A stretch of 55,994 nucleotides of DNA from Chthoniobacteraceae bacterium. Its GTDB lineage: Bacteria; Verrucomicrobiota; Verrucomicrobiia; Chthoniobacterales; Chthoniobacteraceae. The position numbers were made by a program, and so were the translations under genes. This document shows, piece by piece, positions 1 through 11,168 of this stretch (positions are counted from its first letter, which is position 1; each line of letters starts with the position of its first letter). The DNA is taken from contig JANNXQ010000090.1 in assembly GCA_031409655.1 (NCBI GenBank), positions 1 to 55,994 of the forward strand, read 5' to 3'. Under the pieces are notes generated by a model. The model saw only the letters and a list, made by a program, of their open reading frames with translations. It was not told the DNA's origin and ran no database searches.

Positions 1-248
1 ACCGACCGCCAAGAACATCAACCACCGCTCAGCACCGCGCAAAAGACCCAAAATCGCGACCAGCCATCATTGAAAAACCGCCGCCCTCGCACCGCAGAAC
101 GGGCCATTTGCGCCGTTCGAGTTAATCAGCGGTTCCCTAACGCTTTTCAACGCATCACGATGCGTGCCACCGCCGTCGCGGCGGAGGCCAGCGTCGCCAG
201 GGCGCTTGCAGGATTCCCTTCCGCGAGAGGGGCAATAGATTGCCGCGG

Positions 249-1061
249 ATGTCCGATGTCCTTTCAATCCGCCTGCAACGCCGCATCGTCGGGAAGCGCG
301 TGGTCGAGTGCGCGGATGTCGTGGCGGTGGAGGAACCGCTGGAGTTGCGCGTCGAGGGGCGCACGCTGGCGATCATCATGCGCACGCCGGGCGCGGATCG
401 CGAACTGGCGGCGGGGTTCCTGCTGTCGGAGGGTGTGGTCCGGTCGGCGAAGGACGTCTTCGATATCAACCCGTGCGTGGCGCCGAAGGGGCCGGGTGTC
501 GGGAATGTGATCGATGTCGCGCTGACGAAGCCGGGCGCGTTCGATCCGGCGAAATTTTCGCGGCACGTCTTCACGTCGTCGAGTTGCGGGATCTGCGGGA
601 AGACTTCGATCGAGTCGGTGATGAAGCGCCGCCGGCCGTTGCGCGACACGGTGCGCGTCTCGGCGAAAACGCTCCGCGCATTGCCGCGGCTGCTCGAACG
701 CGAACAGACGGCATTCAAGGCCACCGGCGGCTTGCACGCCTGCGCGCTCTTTTCCCGCACGGGTGAAATGATCGCGCTGCGCGAAGACGTGGGACGCCAC
801 AATGCGCTCGATAAGCTCATCGGCCAGGCGCTGCTCGCCCGCGAGACGCCGCTCGCCGGATGCGTCGCGCTGCTCAGCGGACGCGCGTCCTTTGAGATGA
901 TGCAAAAGGCCTACGCCGGCGGCATCGCCGTGGTCGCGGCGATCGGCGCACCGAGCAGTCTCGCGGTGGAATTCGCGCGAGCGGCGGGGCAGACGCTGGT
1001 GGGTTTTTTGCGTGCTCGGACGATGAACGTCTATGCCGGCGCGGAGCGGGTGACGGCGTAG
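249..1061 (+). CDS. fdhD: Formate dehydrogenase accessory sulfurtransferase FdhD
   Basis: Motifs VAVEEPL, MRTPG..ELAAGFLLSEG, SSCGICGK, TGGLHA, EDVGRHNALDK and LSGRASFEMMQKA. ATG at 249 preferred over TTG at 240. Confidence 0.93.
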   Translation: MSDVLSIRLQRRIVGKRVVECADVVAVEEPLELRVEGRTLAIIMRTPGADRELAAGFLLSEGVVRSAKDVFDINPCVAPKGPGVGNVIDVALTKPGAFDPAKFSRHVFTSSSCGICGKTSIESVMKRRRPLRDTVRVSAKTLRALPRLLEREQTAFKATGGLHACALFSRTGEMIALREDVGRHNALDKLIGQALLARETPLAGCVALLSGRASFEMMQKAYAGGIAVVAAIGAPSSLAVEFARAAGQTLVGFLRARTMNVYAGAERVTA

Positions 1062-1070
1062 CGGCCCGGC

Positions 1071-1141
1071 TCTTCCTCCAAACCTTCCTCCCGCTCTGGC
1101 CACGAAAAAGCCAGGGAGGAAGAGAAAGATTAAGAGGAAGA
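1071..1141. repeat. Imperfect pyrimidine/purine hairpin between convergent genes (REP-like or terminator)
   Basis: tcttcctc..cttcctccc-ctggc pairs with gccag-ggaggaag..gaggaaga, between the fdhD and VOC stop codons. Confidence 0.5.
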
Positions 1142-1143
1142 CT

Positions 1144-1554
1144 TCACTCGACGATTGTTGGCTCTTCGGAGAGCTTGATCACGCGACCCTCGGGATCGCG
1201 GAAATTGGTGTAAGGCCCGACGGTCGTGACGACGATCCCGCGCCGCCGCAAGGCATTGAGCACGGCATCGCGATTATGCAGTGCGAGGTAGAGATGAAAG
1301 TAGCTGGTCGTCTCGCCATGCTCACATTGCCGCAGGCAGAGCGGCACTCCGCCGAGTTCCAATTCGCAGTACACGTCCGCCTTTTCGCTGATCACGCGGG
1401 CACCGAGCAGTTCGATGTAAAATTCACGGATGTCCCTCCAGCGCTGTGTGAAGATGGCGAGCGAGTAGCAGACGGGTTTGACGGCGGCGGACCCTTTCCT
1501 GGGGCCGGCGAGGGGCGGCGCGGCAGAGGGTTCGCGGCTGGTGAGTGTGGACAT
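1144..1554 (-). CDS. VOC/glyoxalase-family protein
   Basis: EFYIELLG, HLYLAL and FRDPEGRVIKL, typical of the glyoxalase/bleomycin-resistance fold; 136 aa. Confidence 0.75.
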   Translation of the reverse strand: MSTLTSREPSAAPPLAGPRKGSAAVKPVCYSLAIFTQRWRDIREFYIELLGARVISEKADVYCELELGGVPLCLRQCEHGETTSYFHLYLALHNRDAVLNALRRRGIVVTTVGPYTNFRDPEGRVIKLSEEPTIVE

Positions 1555-1645
1555 GGACCGGGTTTTAGCACCGGGTATGCCCGCATTCTTGAATTTATGA
1601 AAATACCTCCAAGCTTGCCAGTCGCCGGGCGCGGAGGGAGTAGGA

Positions 1646-3082
1646 CTATGGCGCTTTTGTCCCGCCGTCGCGCGTTCCAGCCGCGGGCGTTTTGATCGGC
1701 CAATCGGCGGATTCGCTCCGGGCGAATTTCAAGTAGTCGTCAAGTTTGGCGACGATGTCGGGATGCTCGGCTGCGACGTTGGTCTTCTCCGCGGGATCGT
1801 TCTGCTGATCGTAGAGCGCGAGCGGCGCGGTGAGGCTGCGTTCGCGCAAGCCTTTCCATCGACCCTGATAAAGCACTGCTTGCGAAAAGCCGCGCTCGTG
1901 AAATTCCCAATACAAGAACTCGTGCTTCGCCTGCGCGGCGCCTTTGCCGAGCAGGGTGGGCGCGAAACTCACGGAGTCGCGGCCTTCGGGAAGTTCCGCG
2001 CTGGCGAGTTCCGCGGCGGTGGCCATCCAGTCGCCGAAGTAAGCGACGTGCGCGCTTTCCACTCCGGCGGGCACGCGGCCCGGCCACCATGCGATGCACG
2101 GCACGCGGATGCCGCCGTCGGTGAGGCTGCGCTTGATGCCGCTGTAAGGACCGGCTGGCGAGAAGCGCGTGAGGTCGTGATTGCTCTCATCGTGCGGGCC
2201 GTTGTCGCTGGTGAAAATCACGAGCGTGTTGTCCGCGAGCCCCTGCTTTTTCAGCTCCTCGAGCATGCGCCCGACATAGCCATCGAGGAGCGTGATCATT
2301 TGCGCCTGACCCTTGTCTGGATTCGGCCAGGTCTCCTTCGCGTAGTCTCCATAGCCGGGCACTTCCGCGCCGTCCTTCAGCGCCTTGGTGCGTTCGTTAT
2401 TCGCGTGCGGCACCACCATGCTCCAGTAGAGGAAAAAGGGGCCACCCTTGTTTTCCGCGACGAACTTCAGCGCCTCATCCGTGAAGAGGGCGTCGGCGAA
2501 AACCTTCGGCTCCGTGGCGTAGCCCGCGCCGGATTCACCGACGTGCGTGACGACATTCGGCAGCGCCACGCGCTCTTCATTTCGCCAGAGGAAATCCGGG
2601 AAGTGATTGTGCGCATGTTGCTGATTCAGGAAGCCGAAGAAATAGTCGAAGCCCTGCCTGCCGGGTCGACCGACCTCCGCCGCGCCGATGTCACCGAGTC
2701 CCCACTTGCCGATCAGCGCCGTCTTGTAGCCCGCTTGCTGGAGGACCTTCGCGACCGTCGTGTCTTCCGCTCGCAGTGCCTGCGCCAGCCCGCCGCCATT
2801 TCCCCGAACGCGGGTGCGGCCGTGGTGCTGACCCGTCATGAGCACGCTGCGCGACGGCGCGCAGACCGTCGCCCCCGAGTAGAAGTGCGTGAAGCGCAAT
2901 CCCTCGCGCGCCATGCGGTCGAGATTCGGCGTCTGCGTGACCTTTTGCCCGTAGCAGCCGAGATCGCCGTAGCCGAGGTCGTCGGCCAGGATCCAGATCA
3001 AGTTTGGCTTCTCCGCGGCGCGGCTCGGCGTGAGCGCGGTGCAGACGAGCGCGGCGAGCAGGAAACGTAGCGGGCGAATCAT
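1646..3082 (-). CDS. Secreted arylsulfatase (formylglycine-dependent, family S1)
   Basis: Signal peptide; [27 protein letters not shown] and FTSDNGP motifs. Confidence 0.95.
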   Translation of the reverse strand: MIRPLRFLLAALVCTALTPSRAAEKPNLIWILADDLGYGDLGCYGQKVTQTPNLDRMAREGLRFTHFYSGATVCAPSRSVLMTGQHHGRTRVRGNGGGLAQALRAEDTTVAKVLQQAGYKTALIGKWGLGDIGAAEVGRPGRQGFDYFFGFLNQQHAHNHFPDFLWRNEERVALPNVVTHVGESGAGYATEPKVFADALFTDEALKFVAENKGGPFFLYWSMVVPHANNERTKALKDGAEVPGYGDYAKETWPNPDKGQAQMITLLDGYVGRMLEELKKQGLADNTLVIFTSDNGPHDESNHDLTRFSPAGPYSGIKRSLTDGGIRVPCIAWWPGRVPAGVESAHVAYFGDWMATAAELASAELPEGRDSVSFAPTLLGKGAAQAKHEFLYWEFHERGFSQAVLYQGRWKGLRERSLTAPLALYDQQNDPAEKTNVAAEHPDIVAKLDDYLKFARSESADWPIKTPAAGTRDGGTKAP

Positions 3083-4668
3083 TGGACCGGCGCGGCTTTT
3101 TTCCCGCCGCCTTTGCGCTGACCTTCCGGCACGGCTTCGCCTTCAAAGGGCTGATTGCCATGCGCCTTGCGCGGTGGCTCCGTAGTTTCCTGATAGAGCG
3201 CGCGCAGCTTCGTCAGTTCCCCGCGGAGTTGGTCCACCGTCTTCGCGTAAGCCGGATCGGTGAAAAAATTCTGCGTCTCCAACGGATCTTTCTCGCGGTC
3301 GTAGAGCTCCCAGTCATCCACGTCGGGCTTGTAGAAATGCACGAGCTTGTAGCGATCCGTGACCACGCCGTAGTGCGGGCGCACGCGGTGCGGCACGGGA
3401 TACTCGTAGTAGTGGTAGTAGAAGCTGGTCCGCCAATCCGCCGGGCGCTCACCTTTGAAAAGCGGCACGAGGCTCGCGCCCTGCATGTCCGCGGGTTTCG
3501 GCAGACCGGCGAGGTCGAGAAAGGTCTCGGCAAAGTCGAGGTTCGAGACGAGATCGCGATTCACGCTGCCGGGCTTGGTGACGCCGAGCCAGCGGACGAA
3601 GAGCGGCGTGCTCACGGACTCCTCGACGATCCACCGTTTGTCGAACCACCCATGCTCACCAAGGTAGAAGCCCTGGTCGCTGGAAAGCACCACCACGGTG
3701 TTCTCCGCGAGACCTTCGTCTTCCAATGTTTTGAGCAAACGTCCCACGCTTTCATCCACGGCTTTCACCGTGGCGAGGTAATCGTGCATGTAGCGCTGAT
3801 AGCGCCAGCGGACGAGCTCCTTGCCCGTGAGATTCATTTTTTGAAAGGCCGCGTTACGCGGTTCGTAGTAGGCATTCCACACCGCGAGTTGCTCGGCATT
3901 CAGACCGCCCGGCTGCACGAGCTTCGCGTCGCGCTGGGTGAAAGTCTTCTCGATGGTCATGTCCTGATCGCGCCACGCTTTGCCGCGTCCGCCGCCGTAG
4001 TCGTCGAACAAAGTCTCGGGCTCGGCATGCACCTTATCTTTGTCCCAATTGAGATGCCGCAGCGCCGGTTCCCACTCGCGGTGCGGCGCCTTGTGCTGGG
4101 TCATGAGGATGAAAGGCTTGGTCTTGTCGCGCTTCTTCAGCCACTCGATGGAGTCGTCGGTGATCAGGTCTGTGACGTAGCCATCGTGCTCCACCTTCTC
4201 GCCCATGCGGATCATCACCGGGTTGTAATACACGCCCTGGCCGGGAAGGATATTCCAGTAATCAAAGCCCGTCGGATCACTTTGCAGGTGCCACTTGCCG
4301 ATGATCGCCGTTTGGTAGCCGGCTTTCTGGATGAGCTTCGGGAAGGTCTGCTGCGCGCCGTCAAAGGTGCTGTTCGAGTTATTGTAGAAGCCATTCAGGT
4401 GGCTGTATTTCCCGGTCAGAATCGTCGCGCGGCTTGGGCCGCAGATGGAGTTTGTGACGAGGCAGCGATTGAAGCGCATCCCTTCCTTCGCGACCCGATC
4501 GAGGTTCGGCGTTTCAAGCAAGTTCCGCTTTTCGCCGTAGGCACTGATGGCTTGCGTCGCGAGGTCATCGCAGAAGATGAAAAGGACGTTCGGGCGCTTG
4601 GTGTCGGCGGCGAGAGCCTGCGCGGTGAACGCGGCGAGACAGAGGAGGTGGAGGAGGGTGGATTTCAT
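3079..4668 (-). CDS. Secreted sulfatase (family S1)
   Basis: Signal peptide; [26 protein letters not shown] and [16 protein letters not shown]. Stop overlaps the next ATG. Confidence 0.95.
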   Translation of the reverse strand: MKSTLLHLLCLAAFTAQALAADTKRPNVLFIFCDDLATQAISAYGEKRNLLETPNLDRVAKEGMRFNRCLVTNSICGPSRATILTGKYSHLNGFYNNSNSTFDGAQQTFPKLIQKAGYQTAIIGKWHLQSDPTGFDYWNILPGQGVYYNPVMIRMGEKVEHDGYVTDLITDDSIEWLKKRDKTKPFILMTQHKAPHREWEPALRHLNWDKDKVHAEPETLFDDYGGGRGKAWRDQDMTIEKTFTQRDAKLVQPGGLNAEQLAVWNAYYEPRNAAFQKMNLTGKELVRWRYQRYMHDYLATVKAVDESVGRLLKTLEDEGLAENTVVVLSSDQGFYLGEHGWFDKRWIVEESVSTPLFVRWLGVTKPGSVNRDLVSNLDFAETFLDLAGLPKPADMQGASLVPLFKGERPADWRTSFYYHYYEYPVPHRVRPHYGVVTDRYKLVHFYKPDVDDWELYDREKDPLETQNFFTDPAYAKTVDQLRGELTKLRALYQETTEPPRKAHGNQPFEGEAVPEGQRKGGGKKAAPVQ

Positions 4669-4697
4669 GGAGAGGGAATAGCGGATGGGGATCGGAT

Positions 4698-6368
4698 TTA
4701 CTTTTTCTTACCACGCTTAACCGTGCCGTTGCGGAGGTCTTCCGGCGAAACCGCACCTTCCGCGTCGCTCACCGGCCCAGCCATCGGCGGCGTCTCAAAG
4801 AACTTCCCGCCATTGATGACGCGCGGATCGTCGGTGCGCTGTAGTTCGCCCATCAGCCGCTTCTCGAGTTCCGCGCGGACCTGCGCGAATGCCGGATCGG
4901 TCGCCACATTGCGGACTTGCTGCGGATCGGTCTTGAGATCGTAGAGTTCCTCGCGGGGACGCCGGCCATACGCCAGCTCGTAAGCTGCCCGCCATTTCGG
5001 ATCATTGCGCCTGCTCACGAGCCAGGCCTTCGTCGGGCCCGAGTCATCATCGGGGAGAGTGGCGCGCGTATTCTCCGTGAGTTCGGTGGCGTCCGGTGGG
5101 TTCGGGCCGTCGAGGCGATAGGGTTCGCCGAGCGGCCAGCGGTCGGGTTTGAAGTTCACAATGTAGAGATGATCGTGCGTGCGGATGGCTCGCTGCGGAT
5201 AGGGCAGGAAGCCTTCGCGCGCATTTTCCACATGCCGCTCGCGACCGATGAAGACCGCCGTCCGCGCGGGATCGACCTGGCCGGATTTTTCCGAAGTGAG
5301 CAGCGGCACGAGACTGCGACCGGTCATTACGGCCGGCGGCTTGAGCCCGGCGGCTTCGAGGAAAGTGGGCGCGAGATCCGGCAAAGTGGCGAGATCGTCG
5401 AGCACGCGCCCGCCCTTCGCGCCGCCCCAGCGGAGCGCCAGCGAGACCCCCGCGCCGAAGTCGTAGAGATTGCATTTCCCATGGGGAAAGCCGGGCGCGC
5501 CGTGATCTCCGCTCATCGCGATGAGCGTGTTGTCGAGTTCGCCGATGGCTTCGAGTTTCTTCATCAGCAACCCGACCGTTGTGTCGTAAGCCATCGCTTC
5601 GCCAAAGGAGTCCGCGAGATCTTCGCGCACCTCTGGCACGTCAGGGAGAAACGCGGGCATCTTGCCTTTCAGATCGTCCGGGTTCAGTCCCCAGAGCGCT
5701 TTGCCCGAGCCCTTGATCCACTTGCGATGCGTATTCGTCGGCCCAAACCAGAAGGCAAACGGCTGCCCCGGCTTCCGATCCGCCAGGAAGGCGTCGAAGT
5801 TCGCCAGCACCTCGGCGTAGAGCTCCTGCTTCGCGGCCTCGAGCGGCTTCCCCGCCGCCACGAGTTTGGTCACGTTTTCCGAGAAGTCATTGAAGCGCCG
5901 CCCGGCCTTTTCATACGCGTGCTTCTGTCCGCCGATCGGCGCATCTGCGGGCGTGCCGGGGCTCCACACTTTGTACATCTTGCCAAGATGGTAGCCCGAC
6001 TCCTCCAGCAGGAGCGGCCACGCGGGAATCGTCGGATCCCACACCGCGCCGCGCAGAATGGAGCCACGCCCCGTGCGCCAGAAATGCTGCCCCGAGAGCA
6101 GCGCACTGCGGCAAGGCGTGCAGCTCGGCGCGGACACAAAAGCACGGCGGAAAAGCACCCCCTCCTTCGCGAGTCGATCGAAAGCCGGCGTGGTGATGAT
6201 GTCGTTGGCCGTCCCCGGCCCATCGAGCTTTGCGTAAGCACTGGCGTGCCTTCCCCAATCATCCGCGAAGGCCATGAGAATATTCGGACGCTTCGCCTCC
6301 GCCGCAGAACTGAAGCCGGATGAGAGGCAAAGAAAAACGCCGCAGAGGGCGAGGAATCGGGAGGTCAT
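4698..6368 (-). CDS. Secreted sulfatase (sulfamidase-like S1; CTPCR motif)
   Basis: Likely start MTSRFLAL at 6368 (ATGA overlap with the upstream gene). [25 protein letters not shown] and EELYDL. The longer 899-aa ORF extension overlaps another gene. Confidence 0.93.
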   Translation of the reverse strand: MTSRFLALCGVFLCLSSGFSSAAEAKRPNILMAFADDWGRHASAYAKLDGPGTANDIITTPAFDRLAKEGVLFRRAFVSAPSCTPCRSALLSGQHFWRTGRGSILRGAVWDPTIPAWPLLLEESGYHLGKMYKVWSPGTPADAPIGGQKHAYEKAGRRFNDFSENVTKLVAAGKPLEAAKQELYAEVLANFDAFLADRKPGQPFAFWFGPTNTHRKWIKGSGKALWGLNPDDLKGKMPAFLPDVPEVREDLADSFGEAMAYDTTVGLLMKKLEAIGELDNTLIAMSGDHGAPGFPHGKCNLYDFGAGVSLALRWGGAKGGRVLDDLATLPDLAPTFLEAAGLKPPAVMTGRSLVPLLTSEKSGQVDPARTAVFIGRERHVENAREGFLPYPQRAIRTHDHLYIVNFKPDRWPLGEPYRLDGPNPPDATELTENTRATLPDDDSGPTKAWLVSRRNDPKWRAAYELAYGRRPREELYDLKTDPQQVRNVATDPAFAQVRAELEKRLMGELQRTDDPRVINGGKFFETPPMAGPVSDAEGAVSPEDLRNGTVKRGKKK

Positions 6369-9300
6369 GGCGGTGGGGAAGTGGGAGCGGATGGGTGCCG
6401 AGGAAGAGGCGGGGGGAGCACGGTTTCTTTGACCTTCCGCCGAAAGAATCCGCCGCTGCTGAAATTTCCCCAGCCAGTGCGCAGCCAGCGGATGAGCGCG
6501 GCGGCGAGCCAGAGTGCCCAGACCAGCATCGAGAGGCGATACCACCAGATGGAGATCGACTGGCAGCCCGGTTGCGGGAGCAGTGTGTCGGCGCGCGCCT
6601 GGAACCAGCGCAGCACCGTGCGGCTCGAGCCATTGCCGCTGATGAACATCTCGGGATTTCCGAGCAGGCCTTCGCCGACGGCGCTGATGAGGATGCCGAG
6701 CGCGATCGCGGTGAGGCCGATGAGCACGACTTGCAGCGTATTGTAGGCGGGGTGGCTGAGCTTTTGAAAAGCGGCGTCGCCGCGCCAGGCGAGCAGGAAG
6801 AGCCAGCCGATGACGGCGAGACCGGCCGGCAGCGGCACTTGCGTCAGCCCGATGACGAGCAGCATCCACTCGATGGTCCGCAACGGCGAAAGCCCCACGC
6901 GGCCGAGCGCGAGCGCGGCGAGCAGGGAGCAGACGAGGATCACCCAGAAGCGCACGGCGGGTCCGCGCTGCGGGCCATCCGCCCAGAGCACCCAGCGATC
7001 TCCGGGCACGGTGATGACGGTGGAAATATTCGCGCTCTCGACGGGCAGCCGCACCTCTTCCGCTCGCGCGCGATTGCCGAGCTCGGCGTTGATTTTCCAC
7101 CCGACGGAGACGGTCTGCTCGCCGGGCCGCAGCGGGACGATGAGCTTGGCGCCGTCCTTCCGCACGGGGATCGCCTTGCCGGAATGTTCGAGCTTGGTGA
7201 TCTCGGCTTCGGCGGGGAGATCGATGAGAAAATCTTCGCCGAGGCTGCAGCGGAGGGAGAGCTCGAGCGTGGAGACGCGCTGCCTTTTTCCGAGGACGAT
7301 CTCGTGCGTGCCGCGACTCACGGTGACGGTCGCGCCGGCGATGGCTTCGGGCCGGCTGATCGCCAGCGTCGCGCTTTCGCCGGGCCACGGTTGCCAAGTC
7401 GGGATCAAATCGCCGCCGCCCGCGCGGATGGTTTCATTGTTCGTTACGGGTGCTGGAGCGTCGCCTGCGAAGACGGGCGCGAGGCCGGCGATCGCGACAT
7501 TCCAGACCGGGGACGCGACGAGTTGCCAGCGCTCGACCCACGCATCTTCGGCCCGCGTCGCGAGGGTGATCGTGTCGCTGACGGCCAGTCCGCTTTCCCA
7601 AGCTGCCGACTGATCCTGCGCGCCGATGCGCACTTCGATGAAGCCGTCTTTCACCACGGCATTTGACGTCAGGACATTTTCGCCCGGCAGCAAAGGCACG
7701 CGCAACGCGATCGCTTTGCCCAGTGGCGAAAGTCGCGAGACGGTCGTGCGGACCTGCCAGATGAGACCGAGCTCGAGGCTGCGATTGATGACGGCGATCG
7801 TCTGCACGTCCTGGCGGTCGTAGCTCGCCTGGCCGGCGGCGGTCTTTTGTTTCAAGGCGAAGAAGACCTGTGCTTCCGGCGCACCATCGGGACGCACGCC
7901 GGTCACGGTCCAATCCGGCGCGGTGATCGTCACGCGGCGCGGCTTGAGGGAAAAGGTCCACTCCCATTCGGTGACAGCGGCGAGCATTCCCTCGACGCGT
8001 ACGCGATGGACCCCAGCCGGCACTACGACCCACAGGAAGCCGTCTTCCCGACGCAGCGCGACCTCGGGCAGATCATCGAGAAACACCGAGACCGGCGACC
8101 ACGCTGGCAGCCGGCCTGGCAGCGGCACGGCGGTGCGAATGGCGCAGTGAATCTCCGCGTCGATGGTCACGCGCCGGTCCTTGAGCGTGAGCGCGACGGA
8201 GGGAATGTCGGCGGCGGTTGGGTAAGCGTCGGAGGGTTCGAGGAGGCGCTGGCGAAGCTGCTCCATCGTCGCCTTGTCGGGCACCTGTGCGTGCGCCGAA
8301 GCTGGCAGGAGCGCCAGCGCGAGCAGCGCCACCGCGGCCTTCGCGGCCGACGTCGGCGGCACTGAAGTCGTGACCTTCCGCACGCGCAGGAGCACTGCGG
8401 AAAGCGCGAGCAGCATGATGACCCGCGCCGTCGTCAGCCCGCGCTCCACGGCCAGTGAGATCAGGATCGGCTGCACCTGTTGCGCGGCATTCACCGGACC
8501 ATTCCAGCCAAAGCTCACCGTCCGCCATTTCCACTCCGGCACGCCAGGCCCGGTCTGAATGCGCGCCTTCGCGTCGTAGTACAGGTTTTCTTTCGAGACG
8601 GCTTGCTTGCGAATCGTCGAGGACATGCCAAAGCGGGAGGAGCGATCGTATTCCCCCCTGGACTCGTCCGCGGCGGGCGCTGCGGGGGCATTCTGTTGCT
8701 CGGAAACGGCAGCAGTGTTCACGGCGAAATCTGCGCTGCGCGAGCCGCCAGGGAAGGTCGGCGCACCGACCCGCTCGAGCTGCGGATAGAGCGCCTGCTG
8801 CACTTGCGCGGCGATGAAGGGCACGAGCACGCCGATGAAACACGCGAGCGCGAGCCATTTCCCCGCGACCACGAGCCGCTGCCCCCAACCCGCCGGCACC
8901 ACGCGTTGCAGCGCGAGTGGCACGAGCAGGATGAGCCAGATATAGCGTGGCGCGCCGGGCTCATGGAAAGAGATGCCGAACGCGAGAAAGGCGAGTACTG
9001 CCGCGCCGAAGCCCCACATGCGGAAGACCGCGAGGGTGAAGATGAGCAGCAGGAAAAGATCGAGCAGCGTCCACGCGGTGAGCCAGTCGCCATTCACCCA
9101 ATCCGCGCCGAACAAGGCGAAGAGCCGCCAGCCGGGCGGGAGATTGAGTGTGACCTGGAGCGCGTCCGCATCCGAGCGCCAGCCGGTGGCGGGCATCTGC
9201 TCGGCGCGGGTCATGCGGCCGGTGGCTTCGAGATTCAGACTGCGCGTGCGAATCTCCACGCCGGGCGCGCCGTTCTGCGGATTGCGCGTGATGAGCTGGC

Positions 9301-10501
9301 CCGCGCCGCCGCTGCGCACCGAGCCGAGGTCCTGGCCATCCGCCGCATCGAGCCGCCAGATCTGCTGCATCTGGCCGGTGATCGCGTCGCGGAAAGTGAG
9401 GCCGCGTCCGTTTTCATCCAGCCACCACTCGCGGGCGACGCTCAAGCCTGCGGGCTTTTGCTCGCCCATGCCGCGCATCCGCTCCTCGATGCGGAAGGGC
9501 GTCGCCGTCTCCCAGCGATACACGGGCAGCTCGCGCCAGCGGTCGGGGAAGGTCGTCTGCGAGACATCGATCGCGGGCAGGCCGACGATCTCGACGATGC
9601 GGAAATCGGGGCGCGCTCGGAAGGCGACGAGCTGCTCCGCCGCCGCGGTTTTCGCTGCTGCCGCGTAGCGGATCTCCGTCGGATTATCGAAACGGAATGC
9701 ATCCACCTTCACCGTCCATTTGCCCGCGCGGACCTGGGCTTTCATCCGCCCCGCGTCATCGACCGCCACCGGGATCGGGCTCTCGACGGCGGAAAGTTTC
9801 CAGCCTTCCGGCAGGATCGTGCTCAGATCTTCCTCGCGGCTCTTACCCGAGACCGTGAGCTCGATCTCCGTGCGCAGCCACAGGGGGTTGCCGTCCTCGA
9901 TCGCACTGTACATTTTCACGGCCAGGAAATCCTTGTCTGCCTCGCCCGACGCGCCGTCGCGTTTCAACCACAGAAATCCTTCCGCATCCCAAGCCAGCGT
10001 CTCCACTGGCTTGCCGTCGATGAGCAGCACGAGGATGCCGATCTCCCGCGGCACCGCGAGGCGCTGCGGGATATTCGCCCAGCGATACGCGCCTTCGATC
10101 CGATGCGTGCCCGCCAAGATCTTCACCGCCGGCCCGCCGCCATGCTCGACCACCGGCGCGAGCACGCCATCGACGCGCACCTCCACCGGCCATACTTCCG
10201 CCCCGCCCGGCAGCGGCGCCCACGTTTCATGAAAAGCCGTGAGCGCGACGTCGAACCGCCCACCCGTGCGATCCACCTGCAAGCCGGCGCGCGACGGCCA
10301 GAGACAGAGATGCTTCTTCGCGTCCGAGTACGGCGTCGGGCAAAAGTAGTGCGCATCGTTCCAAGTCGCCCATCCTGTCCAGGCTTTGAGCGGATTCGGG
10401 ATCTGCCGCGCGGCGCTCTCCGGCGCCTCTGCCGCAAAGCAGCGCGCAAGCTGCAGCGCGAGGAAAGTGAAAACAAGGAGGAGCGAACGGAGAGGTGTCA
10501 T
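6365..10501 (-). CDS. Large (~1378 aa) multi-pass membrane protein of unknown function, internally duplicated
   Basis: Start MTPLRSLLL with a signal peptide. Two beta-rich regions are each followed by a hydrophobic multi-TM block; Pro-rich tail. Confidence 0.85.
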   Translation of the reverse strand: MTPLRSLLLVFTFLALQLARCFAAEAPESAARQIPNPLKAWTGWATWNDAHYFCPTPYSDAKKHLCLWPSRAGLQVDRTGGRFDVALTAFHETWAPLPGGAEVWPVEVRVDGVLAPVVEHGGGPAVKILAGTHRIEGAYRWANIPQRLAVPREIGILVLLIDGKPVETLAWDAEGFLWLKRDGASGEADKDFLAVKMYSAIEDGNPLWLRTEIELTVSGKSREEDLSTILPEGWKLSAVESPIPVAVDDAGRMKAQVRAGKWTVKVDAFRFDNPTEIRYAAAAKTAAAEQLVAFRARPDFRIVEIVGLPAIDVSQTTFPDRWRELPVYRWETATPFRIEERMRGMGEQKPAGLSVAREWWLDENGRGLTFRDAITGQMQQIWRLDAADGQDLGSVRSGGAGQLITRNPQNGAPGVEIRTRSLNLEATGRMTRAEQMPATGWRSDADALQVTLNLPPGWRLFALFGADWVNGDWLTAWTLLDLFLLLIFTLAVFRMWGFGAAVLAFLAFGISFHEPGAPRYIWLILLVPLALQRVVPAGWGQRLVVAGKWLALACFIGVLVPFIAAQVQQALYPQLERVGAPTFPGGSRSADFAVNTAAVSEQQNAPAAPAADESRGEYDRSSRFGMSSTIRKQAVSKENLYYDAKARIQTGPGVPEWKWRTVSFGWNGPVNAAQQVQPILISLAVERGLTTARVIMLLALSAVLLRVRKVTTSVPPTSAAKAAVALLALALLPASAHAQVPDKATMEQLRQRLLEPSDAYPTAADIPSVALTLKDRRVTIDAEIHCAIRTAVPLPGRLPAWSPVSVFLDDLPEVALRREDGFLWVVVPAGVHRVRVEGMLAAVTEWEWTFSLKPRRVTITAPDWTVTGVRPDGAPEAQVFFALKQKTAAGQASYDRQDVQTIAVINRSLELGLIWQVRTTVSRLSPLGKAIALRVPLLPGENVLTSNAVVKDGFIEVRIGAQDQSAAWESGLAVSDTITLATRAEDAWVERWQLVASPVWNVAIAGLAPVFAGDAPAPVTNNETIRAGGGDLIPTWQPWPGESATLAISRPEAIAGATVTVSRGTHEIVLGKRQRVSTLELSLRCSLGEDFLIDLPAEAEITKLEHSGKAIPVRKDGAKLIVPLRPGEQTVSVGWKINAELGNRARAEEVRLPVESANISTVITVPGDRWVLWADGPQRGPAVRFWVILVCSLLAALALGRVGLSPLRTIEWMLLVIGLTQVPLPAGLAVIGWLFLLAWRGDAAFQKLSHPAYNTLQVVLIGLTAIALGILISAVGEGLLGNPEMFISGNGSSRTVLRWFQARADTLLPQPGCQSISIWWYRLSMLVWALWLAAALIRWLRTGWGNFSSGGFFRRKVKETVLPPPLPRHPSAPTSPPP

Positions 10502-10634
10502 AACGCTTAGGGTGGGGAGAATAGGCCGATGCGATTTCACCCCACCACCGATTCCGGCGCGAGACAAAGCCGCGCGGACATTGACCTCCTCGGCAGTGCT
10601 AGCAGATGCTCCGCGTGCAACCCGCATTCGAGCC

Positions 10635-11168
10635 GTGATCAACCCCCACAGCGGAGAAGTCAGCTTCCACGATGGCCTACGCATCACGGCCCAGGCCGCC
10701 ATTGCGGAAGTCCTCGCCCTCCTCGAGATCCCCGAGGCCCTCTGGAGCGACATGCAGATCGAGGGCTGGCGGCACTACGGACTCGGCCCGCACATTTCCG
10801 ACTACGGAACCTTCTCCGTGGAGGCCACCATCGATGACACGCGCCGCGTGGCCGCTGTGCATCTCAGCCACGTCCACGCCTTCTACGAAGCCGCCACCCC
10901 CGAAGACTCCGAGCGGCACCTCTTTCACGAGAGCATCGTCGCGCGCGACCTTTTCGGGCAGCGCGAATTCTCCTGGGGCTGGGTCTATTGCCGCTACGAT
11001 CCGCGCACCCTGAGGGATTGGCTGGTCGTGGTTTACTCGCCCTTTGCCGCCGTGCCCTTGCACGAGCGCGAACGCCTCCGCATGCTGCGGGAGCAATACT
11101 TCCCGCTGTCCCGCCCCCGGCCGAAACCCTCGGGCGAGCCGGCGCGACGGTCGAATTTCTTTCCATGA
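10635..11168 (+). CDS. Hypothetical protein
   Basis: Protein-like composition ([13 protein letters not shown]...[14 protein letters not shown]). Stop overlaps the downstream sulfatase ATG (ATGA). Start uncertain; GTG at 10635 chosen. Confidence 0.65.
   Translation: MINPHSGEVSFHDGLRITAQAAIAEVLALLEIPEALWSDMQIEGWRHYGLGPHISDYGTFSVEATIDDTRRVAAVHLSHVHAFYEAATPEDSERHLFHESIVARDLFGQREFSWGWVYCRYDPRTLRDWLVVVYSPFAAVPLHERERLRMLREQYFPLSRPRPKPSGEPARRSNFFP

Noticed and set aside
1..248. Gene start or molybdenum-cofactor riboswitch upstream of fdhD
   Set aside because: Only short inverted matches (ttgaaaa/ttttcaa) were seen; there is not enough evidence for either.
6369..7397. N-terminal extension of the 899-aa sulfatase ORF
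   Set aside because: Arg-rich off-frame read-through overlapping the large membrane-protein gene; the real signal peptide begins at 6368.
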